Shown: positions 38,082 to 49,220 of the stretch, piece by piece
Layout of the letters: the number at the start of each line of letters is the position of its first letter
Position numbering within the stretch: position 1 is the stretch's first letter
NCBI RefSeq assembly: GCF_004010195.1
Contig: NC_057718.1
Span: 25,614,670 to 25,678,669, forward strand
Reading direction: 5' to 3'
Source: Chiloscyllium plagiosum
Taxonomy: Eukaryota
DNA length: 64,000 bases
The notes under the pieces: generated by a model
Databases searched by the model: none
Seen by the model: the letters and a program-made list of their open reading frames with translations, nothing else
Told to the model about the DNA's origin: nothing
Program-made: the position numbers and the translations under genes

Positions 38082-39856
38082 TGTATTGCTATGAAAGAGG
38101 TGATTGGAGCAAGATTGGCCAGGTGGTCTCATTGAGTATGAGTTCCCCAATTGGGGCTATTAACCTGTGCCAATCAGGGATTCTGGCCCGACAGATATAA
38201 CCAGGAGTCTTTACGCTTTTTGTTGTATGATGATTGCTTCATTAGCTCACCAGGACTTGGAAAATTGACTAATTGAACCGTCTCCACAATACTAGGTCTC
38301 TTGATCTCAAAACACTTCTGAGAGCAGTTATGTTAACTGAATGCTCTAGATGGAACCCAATGGTATGACTTATTCAAGTTTAATTGTTTGAGAAGTTCAA
38401 TGGAGAAAGTTGGATAAAATTGATATATTACTGTGTTTAAAAAAAAAATAACCAGGAGTCTTATACAGGTCCAGGCAGCGGGCTGTGGAGGGGGTCATTA
38501 GGGCCGACTGCCTGCCCCTCTTCCGCAGTTACATTAGAGCCCGGGTGTCTCTGGAAAAGGAGCACATGGTATCCACTGACACCCTGGAGTTGTTCAGGGA
38601 GAGGTGGACGCCGTAGGGAGCAGAGTGCATTATTTCCCTCTCCAACTCTATTTTGATTTAATCCCTGCCCTCCCTTTCACTGTTTGATCACACAGCACTG
38701 CCCTTTGATGTGAAGGGCACTGCTTGTCACTGGCCACTTGGGTGTTTCCTTTCTTCCTGGTGGTGGAAATTGAATAAAGATTCGTGCACTTTGTGTCTTT
38801 CACTCTGTCTCACACCTGCACACACACACCATGGGTGCTGGGGCAAAAATAAGCACTACCGCACTTAGGTGGTAGTGTGGGGGTTAAACAAAAAAAAAGA
38901 AAAAAAAAGGCATAAAAAAGATAAACAGGTTATTGGTGGAAATTGAATAAAGATTTGAGACAAAAAAAAGAGTTGCTTGTCACTGGCCACTCGGGTGGTG
39001 GAAATTGAATAAAGATTTGTGCACTTTGTGTCTTTCACTGTGTCTCACACCTGCACACACACACCAGGGGTGCTTGGGGGAAAATAAGCACTACCGCGGT
39101 TAGGCGGTAGTGTGGGGGTTAAATTAAAGGAAAAAGAAAGAAAAAGAAAGAAAAAAAAATAAACAGGAGTTGCTTGTCACTGGCCACTCGGGTGTTTTCC
39201 TATCTTCCTGGTGGTGGAAATTGAATAAAGATTTGTGCACCTTGTGTCTCTCACTGTAAAAAAAGAAAAAAAAAATAACCAGGAGTCTTAAACATGTCCA
39301 GGCAGCAGGCTGTGGACGGGGTCGTTAGGGCCGACTGCCTGCCCCTCTTCCGCGGTTACATTAGAGCCCGGGTGTCTCTGGAAAAGGAGCACATGGTGTC
39401 CACCAACACCCTGGAGTTGTTCAGGGAGAGGTGGACGCCGTAGGGAGTGGAGTGCATTACTTCCCTTTCCAACTCTATTTTGATTTAATCCCTGCCCTCC
39501 CTTTCATTGTTTGATCACACAGCACTGCCCTTTGACGTGAAGGGCACTGCTTGTTACTGGCCACTTGGGTGTTTCCTTTCTTCCTGGTGGTGGAAATTGA
39601 TTAAAGATTCATGCACCTTGTGACTTTCACTGTGTCTCACACCTACGCACACACAAAATGGGTGCTGGGGAAAAAATAAGCACTACCGCAGTTAGGCGGT
39701 AGTGTGGGGATAATTTTTAAAAAGAAAAAAAATTAATAAAAAACACGAGTCTTGAGGATTCTCCTCATTGTAGGGGCTGGCCAGAGTTCAGTACTGTGCA
39801 CATGTAAATAAAGAGTAATTTGGTAACTGGATTCTGGCTTCCATGTACTTATTTCA
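38082..39856 (+). mobile_element. Putative ~230-bp solo LTR split by nested inserts (halves 38082-38211 and 39754-39856)
   Basis: TG...CA termini; flanks GCAAGC/GAAAGC (5/6 TSD); CCAAT boxes and GATATAA in the 5' half; AATAAA at ~39807 in the 3' half. Confidence 0.6.
38463..39740 (+). mobile_element. Tandem array of five poly(A)-tailed Tx1/L1-type 3' ends
   Basis: Units 38463-38920, 38931-38969, 38974-39158, 39171-39274, 39290-39740. Long units translate RSRQRAVEGVIRADCLPLFRSYIRARVSLEKEH...LELFRERW (resembles a Tx1 ORF2 C-terminus). All units share GGTGGAAATTGA(A/T)TAAAGATT and end in A-rich tails. Confidence 0.8.
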
Positions 39857-40544
39857 GAAAGCATAATGATGATTGTGTAGGATGAATGGGAACAAGTTAT
39901 TAATGACAGCAGCCAAATAGTGAGAAATCTAAGAGAAAACCCTGAGTTTACTACATCTCCCTATAATGTGTTCTATTGGATTTTAGTTTCAAGAAAGAAA
40001 CCCACTTGGATTATTTAAATGTTAAAGCTATTGACATATTGGCCTAGATTTTGCAGCGGGTATTGAACGGTTAATGTTTGCAGCACATTGCTTTTACAGC
40101 TATCTACAGACATGTTTCTGACGTTTTCTGTGATGGTGACCTATGAGGAATCAGAGACCCATGTGAGCTGGGGAGGTAACAGTGTACCACTCTAGGCAGT
40201 AGACTGAAGCATCTTCTGAGACACGAAAAGATGAATTTTAATCTGGATTGGTAAAATATTTAAAATCTCAACCTTGACTTCTTGGTTTAATTGAGGGCAG
40301 AAAGCCAATCTGATCCCAAGAGCCATGTTGGAAGCATAAATATTTAAATAAGGACCAGTCTCAGATTTAACTCAATTTCCAGGCTGAGCAAATCTGATTG
40401 GTTTTCCTAGACCTGAGAAATCAGTCCACTGAAAGGAAAGGTGGATGGTTTCAAGGAGAGAAATATGTGTTTAAAGTATTGCTTGTGGGCCAGCAGAAAC
40501 AGGAATGCTTCAGCCACCCTCTGGTCCTTTCCTTGACATGCTTC

Positions 40545-41105
40545 TGTAAGTTAATGTGAGGCCTCTTCTGGAATATTGTGTCCAGTTCTGAGCACCTAGT
40601 TTTAGAAAGAGTATTATTCAGCTGGAGAGGGTTCAGAAGAGAGTTACCAGGATGTTGCCGTACATGAAAGATTTGAATTGTGAGAAAAGGCTGGATGGGT
40701 TGGGATTGTTTTCATTGGAGAGTAGGAGGTTGAGAGGAGACCTTATAGAAGTTTATAAAATAATGAGGGGTCCAGGTAGAGTTAGTGCAGTTATTTTTTT
40801 TCCCTAGGATGGGAGATTTCAAGACTAAGGGGCACATTTATACGGGGAGAGGAGAGAGATTTAAAGAAGACATGAGGGGCAAATGTTCTACACAGAGGGT
40901 GGTTCATGTGTGGAATGAACATTTTGAGAAAATGTGGGCATATTTACAACATTTAAAAGAAATCTGGATAGATGCATCGATAGGAGAGGTTTGGAGGGAA
41001 ATGGTCCAGGACCAGGTGAGTGGGACTAGTTTAGTTTGGGATTATGGTCAGCACGGACTGGTTGGACTGGTGTGTCTGTTTCTGTGCCGTAAGGCGCTAT
41101 GATTT
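40545..41105 (+). mobile_element. CR1 3' fragment
   Basis: RPLLEYCVQF, RRLRGDL, TQRVVHVWNE. Confidence 0.88.
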
Positions 41106-41344
41106 CAGATAAACACTGCCCCATCCATCATTTGCCAGATCTGTTCCTGTCAAAATCAACTGGCCTCAGAATCTAGACCAGCAAGTTTCATTTGGAACAA
41201 AAAAGCGAATGCTGGAGATTTGAAATTAAATTCGAAAGTGCTGGAGACTCTCAACAGATCTGATAGCATCTGTAGAGAGAGAGAAACAGAGTTAACATTT
41301 TGAATTCAATCACTCTTTTGTCTGGATGGCTTCAATTTGAACAT

Positions 41345-43770
41345 ACCTTTTATTCACTGATGGGTGGTGGGTGTTACTGCCTGGTCAGCATTTTTTGCCT
41401 GTTCCTGGTATCCCTTGAGAAGGTGTTGGTGAGCTACCTTCCTGAACCACTGCAGTCCACGTGCTGTAGGTTGACCTATAATATCCTTAGGCAGGGAATT
41501 CCAGGAATTTGATCCAGCGACAGCGAAGGAAGAGTGCTACATTTCCAAATCAGGACAGTGAGTGATTTGGCAGAGAACTTCCAGAAGGTGGTGGTCCCAA
41601 ATATCTGCTGTACTTGTCCTTCCAGCTGTGAAGCTGTGGGCTTGGAAGGTGCTGTCTAAGGACCTTTGGTGATTTTCTGCAGTGCATCTTATACATAGTA
41701 CACAGTACTGCGACTGAGCATTGTTGGTGGTGGGAGCGGATGCTTGTGGATCTGGTACCAATCAAGCGGGCTGGATAGAGTCAAGCTTCTTGAGAGTTGT
41801 TGGAGCTATATCTATCCAGACAAGTGGGGAATGTTCCTTTACACTGTGCCTTGTAGGTGGTGAACAGACTTTAGGGAGTCAGGAGATGAATTACTCACTG
41901 CAGTATTCCTAGCCTCTGACCTGGTCTTCTGGCCACTGTATTTATATGCCAAGTCTGGTTGAATTTCTCGTCAATGGTAGCCCCAAGGATGTGGATAGTT
42001 GGGAATTCAATGATGATACCACCATAGAATGTCAAGACATGATGGTTAGTTTTCCTTTTCAGACCTGGCATTTGTGTGGCACCAATGCTACTTGCCACTT
42101 GTCAGCTGAAGTCTGGATATTGTCCAGACCTTGTTGCATTTCAAGATGGACTGCTTCAATATTCAACAATCACTAATGGTGCAGAGTACTATGCAATAAT
42201 CAGTGAACATCCCCACTTATGACTTCATGATGGAGAGAAAGTCAATGATGAAGCAGTGGAAGATAGTTGGGCCTAGGACACAACCCTGAGGAATTTCTGC
42301 AGAGATGTCCTGGAGCTGAGATGATTGAACTCCAAGAATCACAGCCATCTTCCTATGTGCCAGGTATTACTCCAACCAGTGGAGAGTTTGCCCCAATGCC
42401 CATTGATTCCAGCTTTGCCAGGGCTCTTTGATGTCATACGTGGTTGAGTGCGGTCTTGATTTTAAGACCTGTCACTCTCACTTCACCTCTGCAATTCAGC
42501 TGTTTTGTCCATGTTTGAAGCAAGGCTTTAATGAGGTCAGCAGCTGAATGGCTCTAACAGAACCCAAACTGGGCATCGCTGAGCAGGTGCTCCTTGATAG
42601 CACAGTTGATGACACCTTTCATCACTTTGCTGATGATTGACAGTAGTCTGATGGGCATTAATTGGCTGGGTTGGATTTGACCAGCTTTTTGTGTGCAGGA
42701 CATACCTCGGCAATTTTCCACATTCTTGAGTAGATGCCAGTGTTGTAACTGTGCTGGAACAGCTTGGCTAGGAGAGTGGCATGTTCTGAAGCACAAATCT
42801 TCAGTCCTATTTGTGGATTGTTACTAGGGGCCATAGCCTTTGCAGTATCCACTGCCTCCAACCATTTCTTGATGTCATGTGGAGTGAACTGAATTGGCTG
42901 AAGAGAGGTATCTGTGGTGCTGGGAATCACTGGAGGAGGTCGAGATGGAACATTCGTTCGTACTTCTGGCTGAAGATTGCTGCAGAAGCTTCAGTCTTAT
43001 CTTTTGCACTGATGTGTGGGGCTCTTCCATTATTGAGAATGGGGATATTTGTTCAGCCTCCTTCTCAAGTAAGTTGTTTAATTGCCAATCACTGTTGATG
43101 ACTGGATATGATAGGACTGCAGAGCTTAGACTCGATCTTTTGGTTGTGAGTTCACTTAGCTCTGTCTGCTTATGCTGTTTGGCACGCAAGTAGCCCTGTT
43201 TGGTAACTTCACCAGCTTGACACCTCACTTTTAGGTAGGGAGGCCTGGAATGCCCTCCTCCATTCTCCATTGAACCAGGACTGATCCCTGGCTTGATGGT
43301 AATGGCTGAGGATGCTCTTGGCCTTGAGGTTACAGATTGTGTTGGAGTACATTTCTGCTGCTGTTGATGGTCCACAGTGTCATGGATGCCCAATTTTGAG
43401 TTGCTAAGTGTGTTTCAAGTCTGTTCTATTTAGCATGGTGATCATATCACACAACACGATGCCCATAGTGTTAGGGGCATTAGTCAGGGGTGAATGTAGG
43501 GGAATGGGTCTGGGTGGGTTACTCTTCGGAGGGTCAGTGTGGACTTGTTGGGCCGAAGGGGAAAACGTACAAACTCCACACAAACAAGGACTGTGTGGTA
43601 GTCATTCTTACAGACACTGACATGGGCAGATGCATCTGCAAATGACAGATTGTGATGATGGGGTAAAGATTTTCCCGCTTGTGGTTCCCTCTCCAGCTGC
43701 TGCAGACTCAGTCCAGCAGCTATATCCTTTAGGACCTGACCAGCTTGATCAGTAGTTGAGTCAATCTTGG
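41345..43770 (-). mobile_element. Long decayed LINE of the second CR1/Jockey-group family (end of APE, RT, 3' tail)
   Basis: ORFs 42658-42930 (KAMAP...WKIAEVCPAHKK...NPAN) and 42554-42796 (PIRLLSIISKVM...SDAQFGF); later ILGATID. Confidence 0.88.
43461..43586. mobile_element. Rearranged HE1 SINE fragment nested in the LINE
   Basis: 43461-43560 matches the HE1 3' part (+); 43561-43586 matches the V-domain (-). Confidence 0.8.
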
Positions 43771-44254
43771 CATATGGCTTGAAAATTAATTGCAGGTCAG
43801 TTTTTGATCAAAAAACTCTTATAGATGTTTTGATTCCAGAGAGGCCTTATGCTCAAGCAGATGGCAGCTGCTGAATGATAACGGGGTCTTCGAGGAGAGA
43901 TAGTCAGGAGAGATCAGAATCTGAACTGGTGTTTGAGCTCTGTTTGGGTCTGCAGATTGTTCCTATGAAAGCTACTGGATGGAAGCTTCATTACACACTA
44001 CTGGTCCCCTGATTATCAACTTATCGTAAGTTTGGAGAACAGAATCTTAGTTCTAAGAATTAATTGAATATTCTTGGGAGACTACTGGAAGATATTTGAA
44101 TGCATCAGTGTGGTCAAGAACCAAGCAAGCCATAAACTCATATGCTGGATATTACAGATTGTGGAATCTGCTTAAGTGAACTGGCCCAGTCCATTTAATT
44201 TATTGTTTTCTTTTTGATTTATTCCTTAAATGTGCCTGTTTATGTGTCCTTGTC

Positions 44255-44375
44255 AATCTTGATGAAGGGTCTCGCCCCCGGAATGTTGACTCTCCTGCTC
44301 CTCGGTTGCTGCGCTTTTTCCAGCGCAACACTTTATCAGCTCTTGATTCTCCTGTAACTGCAGTCCTCACTACCT
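44255..44375 (+). mobile_element. PLE pLTR terminus fragment with a decayed hammerhead
   Basis: TTGATGAAGGG...GAATGTTGACTCTCCTGCTCCTC...CTGCAGTCCTCACT. Confidence 0.75.
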
Positions 44376-44599
44376 TCGAGTTACTATAAGCATGGAGTCT
44401 AGTCTCGACTATCATTCACAACATCTGGTACTGGCTACTCAAAAAGTCTGGTTAGGAACCATTGGGGTCAGTTTTTTGGGTCTTTGAAGGTTTTAATTTT
44501 ATTCTGTGGTGAATATAGAGATAAAGGAGGCTAATTTGATTTACCTGTCTGTCTCCATCTCCCAACATTAAAAAATCACGTGAAACTTTATTATTATTT

Positions 44600-44890
44600 C
44601 CCTACAGTATGGAAACAGGCCCTTCGGCCCAGAGTAACCCACCCAGACCCATTCCCCTACATTCACCCCTGACTAATGCCCCTAACACTATGGGCAAATC
44701 AGCATAGCCAATTCACCTAACCTGCACATGTTTGGACTGTGGGAGGAAACTGGAGCACCCAAGGGAAACCCACGCAGACACGAGGAAAACGTACAAACTC
44801 CACACAAACATTCGCCCGAGGCAGCAATCGAACCTGGAATTCTGGTGCTGTGAGGCAGCAGTGCTAACCACCGAGCCACCGTGCTGCCCA
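44600..44890 (-). mobile_element. HE1-type V-SINE
   Basis: Reverse complement of 15165-15470. Confidence 0.93.
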
Positions 44891-45297
44891 AATGTTTATG
44901 CAGACTGTATATAGTCAAATAATAATTGATTTCACACACAAGTCATCCCCTGACCTTTGACTCAAATAGCCTGCATTATTTTATTTTATCTTGGTTACGT
45001 TTTCGGAGGAGGGTTGGTGGACACAGTCAACTGAGAATTTTTTCATCGTTTTTTCACTGATGTAACAGAAACATTGACATTCCCGACTGATTTCAGGACC
45101 ATGGTCAGCAGCCATTGGAACGGTCAGCTGTTCAGCAGTTCCAGAGATTCTGCATAGAATTCAACCTCCTGAAAGTATTGCTTGTGCTCAAGCCAATTTT
45201 TTCCCTCAAACTTTAATCTTATAAACATGACTTTTATACAAGTATATGTTGCACTAGCCCAGATTCTGAGGTAGGAATAATAGTGAGCCACCTAGAG

Positions 45298-45888
45298 ATG
45301 ATAAAGTGTGGAGTTGGAAAAATCACAGCAGGCCAAGCAGCATCAGAGGAGTAGTGGAGTCCACGTTTCAGGTGAGGACCTTTCATCAGGTTTGGCGAGG
45401 GGGAAAGGGGGCTGCGAAATGATAGAGGGTGGGGGGGGGGTTAGAGTCAGANNNNNNNNNNNNNNNNNNNNNNNNNNNNNNNNNNNNNNNNNNNNNNNNN
45501 NNNNNNNNNNNNNNNNNNNNNNNNNNNNNNNNNNNNNNNNNNNNNNNNNNNNNNNNNNNNNNNNNNNNNNNNNNNNNNNNNNNNNNNNNNNNNNNACTTA
45601 ATCTCTCTGTCTTCCTTCCACCTCTCCGCTCCAGCCTTCCCACTGACCAATCACAATCACTTTCTACCTGCATCCACCTATCGCCAGCCCACCTACCTTT
45701 CCTCCAGCCCTATCCCCTGCCTCTATTTATTTCACAGCCCTCTTCCCCCTCCCCAAACCTGATGCAAGGTTCTGACCTAAAACGTTGACTCCCCTGCTCC
45801 TCTAATGCTGTTTGTCCTGCTGTGTTTTTTCCAGCTCCACACTTTATCAACTCTGACTTTCCAGCATCTGCAGTCCTCACTATCTCCA
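45298..45888. mobile_element. Inverted pair of PLE termini flanking a gap
   Basis: 45298-45410 is inverted relative to ~45740-45850; degenerate TSD AGCCACCTAGAG (45286-45297) / AGCCAACCAGAG (45889-45900); minus-strand hammerhead-like motif ~45358-45392. Confidence 0.8.
45452..45595. other. Assembly gap
   Basis: Run of N. Confidence 1.
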
Positions 45889-46264
45889 AGCCAACCAGAG
45901 TTCACCATTAGCAGAAACTGTAACTTCCAGGGTCCAGATATGCGCAGTTAAACACAATCAACTAGGATTTGCTGTCCAGGTTCCCCTGCTCTAACTTGAA
46001 CATTTCTGCACCAGTCATTTGCCAAAGATTTGGTATGAGAACAGAGGAAAGGTGTGAAATTATGGTACTTACCCAATAGATAGCCATGAATTATGCCAGA
46101 AAAGATTAGGCCTTGTTCAGTTATATGTAAGTTAATTTTTAATAGCTTGTCACATCTTAATTACTTGCAAACTAACGCTGAAATTTTACTTCACCATTCC
46201 TCTTCAGAATTTTAGTTGGCATTGGACATTTCAAAAGAACTAAAATAATTTTGCCTTTTTTTAT

Positions 46265-46800
46265 CCAGACATAAGATGTTGGTTAGGCCACAGCTAGAGT
46301 AATATGCAGAGCCTGGAATCCACATTATAGGAGGGATGAGATTGCATCGGAGAGGGTGCAGAGGAGATTTACCAAGATGGTGCCTGGGCTGGAGTGTTTT
46401 ACTTATGAAAAGAGATTAGATCGACTGGGGCTGTTTTCCTTGAAGCAGAAAAATGTGAAGCGGCACATGATTGAGAGGTATTACGAGGGACATTGATGAG
46501 AAAAAAGCTTTTCTTCTTGGTAGAGTGTTAAGCTAGAGAGGGGCAGAGAGTTAAGGTAAGGGGTAGCAGGTTTCGAGGATATGTGAGAATTTCTTTTTTA
46601 CCCAATTGGTGATTGAAATCTGGAAGTCAGTGCATGTAAGGATGTTGGAGGCAGAAACCATCATAACATTTAAGTATTTAAATGTTCATTTATGATGCAA
46701 GGTACAGAAGGTTTGGCCAAGTCCTGGAAAATGAGATTAGAATAGGTACATGTTTTTGACCAGCATGGCCTTTTTCTGTGCTGTGGACCTATATGACTCC
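46265..46800 (+). mobile_element. Old CR1 3' fragment
   Basis: GGAGAGGGTGCAGAGGAGATTTACCAAGATG (ERVQRRFT). Confidence 0.85.
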
Positions 46801-46869
46801 CTCCCTTTCTTACAGCAGTTTTCTTTACATATTATTGTTTGTGTTTCTGCATTGAATTTTGCACTGAAT

Positions 46870-47210
46870 TAATATTCTGGGGAGTTAGGTTTGAATCCCA
46901 CTAGAGCAGATGGTGCAATTTCAATTCAATTAAAAATGTCTGGAGTTAAAAATCAACTGATGATCATGAAACCATTGCTGATTGTCAGAAAAACCCATCT
47001 GGTTCACTTATGTCCTTCAGGAAAGGATATCTGCCATCCTTGCCTGTTGTGACTTGCATGTGACTCCAGAGCCACAGCAATGTGGTTGACTCTCAACTGC
47101 CCTCTGAAATGGCCTACAAGCCAGTTATATCAATCACTACAAAGTCTCAACAAAGAAATGAAGCCAGACAGACCACCTGGCATTGACCTAGATGCTGGAA
47201 AAGATAACAT
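46870..47210 (+). mobile_element. tRNA-headed SINE-like element (head shared with 57575-57895)
   Basis: B box GGTTTGAATCC; shared body CCCATCTGGTTCACT...GTGACTCCAGA...GTGGTTGACTCT. Confidence 0.75.
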
Positions 47211-48779
47211 TGGAAACGTTGTTCTTTTTTTAACCACAAGCTGCAGCTCACATCTTTTAGCTCTAGCTCACAGTTTGCAACTCCAAACCATATCTGATAA
47301 ATCAGAATTCAATAAAAGTAATGAAAAATCAGAACGGTTTCCAGCATTACATGTTTAGATGATAACAAATAAAAGTGTGGTGTGTGTTTAAAGTGATATA
47401 CTGATGTATTTTCCTAAGTGTGAGACTGATAATAGTTCGGTCTGGTATATTGTACTATTTTCTGAAGTTCCACTTGAAGGAATAAGTAGCAAGCTTCCTT
47501 AAAAGGCATGGTTAGGATTTAGTTGTCTGATTACTTTACTGTTTGGCATAAGGTTCTACCAGCTAGAAATAGTGCAAGAGAGTTGTTGGTTCCGATGTTT
47601 TTCTTAATGCTTTCCCAGTGAAAAATGGACCAGGGATATAAGTGACTATGCCAATAACCGAAAACTGCTCTTCAAGTTGGCTGCTGGTTTTAGGTGAACA
47701 GTATTGCACTAAACTAAGTTCTCAAATTCCTGGTTGTCTTTTGAGGGGGTTTATTAGGTTTGTAAGGCTGTTCCCTAAAGTTACATTGGTCTTATTTCTG
47801 CACTATTCTCTACTCCTCTTCCAATTGCCCTGAAACCAGTTAAAATAATGTCACAACTAATGTCTCAAAGGTGTTACTTAGACACCATGTCAATCAGGTC
47901 CTTTTACATCTTTGAAAGGTGACTGATTTGTGATTCCTCATCTCAGTCACTGAAACTCTCGAGTGCTTTATTTCAAGTGATAATGACACAGAGCAGGATG
48001 GTGAGACTCTGTAATAAGAAGACCTTGCATTTTTGTTGTTGGTATTTTGTCACATCTATAACAAGAACAAAAAAATGCACTTGTTGCTGTGCAGGCATTA
48101 TATGGCACATTTCATTCTTCAACGCAATCATTGTTTTACACCTACTGAAACACATTTGTCCACAGCAGGTATGTAATTATAAATATGCAAATGTGAGCTG
48201 AATTCTTTTCCAATGAATTCTCCATCAACCTCAGTATATTTGCAACTGTCAAAATCCATGGGAACATGTTGTTGTCACCAGTTGACCTCCATCAATCTAT
48301 TACGTGGGCATTCATTTGAAGGTGGGCGCTCTTTTTCATAAGGAATATAAGAATGCATTGAATGCATGCTGTGGCTAATTTACATAGGTAACATTATCCC
48401 GAGTAACTTCTCTGATGATAAACTACCTCACATATTCAGCAACTTTCTGTGCATTTGAAAACTGATTGACTGTGTTATAATTGTCAGATGTAAGTGTGAA
48501 TAATTATCATATCTCATCTTTAATCTTGCCACACTGCATGATTCTCAATCCTTTTTAGCCCCTGCTGTGCTCATTATCACTCCCCCCGCGTTGCATCCAC
48601 AAACCACTACATCCATTTAAGTAAGGTATCAGGTAAATTAATTTGATCGTAACCCCCATGATGATCTATGTTTGCTCATGCTGAATTTTATTTCCGATTT
48701 CAAAATTTTCGTCTGAAGTCTCCTGCTATGTGATTCTGAAAGTGCCACAGAATTCCAATCCTTCTACTGTTATTACTCT

Positions 48780-49220
48780 TATGTCACCTGGGACTCAGTT
48801 GGAAATAGTCTCACAGGACTTGAATGCCACTATCTGGGCTGGCATAATGGTGCGATACGAAGAGAGTTTCAAGCTGTCAGAAATGTCTTTAGTGGTCGAT
48901 CCAACAAGTAACTTTACCAAGGTTTTGTATCTGTCTTGTCAGGTGGACATAAAAGATCCTTTGACATGATATTGAAGCAAAACTGGTCATTTATTCCTGG
49001 TGTCCTGGCCAATACTTATCCCTCAGTCAAATCATAAATATGGATCATTTGGTTATTATTAGAGTTTGTTCGTGCATATTGTTTTGTATAAATTGGCCAC
49101 TGGAGTGCTAACATTTTAACAATTAAGTACAATACAATAAGATACTTCAGTGTCTGTAAAGTGCTTTGGGATGTCAAGTGATTGAGAAGGAGCAATATAA
49201 ATGCAGATCTTTCTTTCTCC
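48780..49220 (+). mobile_element. DeuSINE (SacSINE1/AmnSINE1-like)
   Basis: Deu-domain-like CAGGTGGACATAAAAGATCC...GGTGTCCTGGCCAATACTTATCCCTCA and L2-type tail CTGTAAAGTGCTTTGGGATG...TATAAATGCAGATCTTTCTTT; 5' boundary approximate. Confidence 0.8.

Noticed and set aside
38448..39753. CRISPR-like pattern of a short repeat with intervening sequences
   Set aside because: Vertebrate DNA with no cas genes; the intervening units vary from ~40 to ~460 bp, are homologous to each other and are poly(A)-tailed.
48025..48080. Pre-miRNA-like hairpin TGCATTTTTGTT...AACAAAAAAATGCA
   Set aside because: Pairing depends on A/T runs, has bulges, and has no recognisable mature miRNA.
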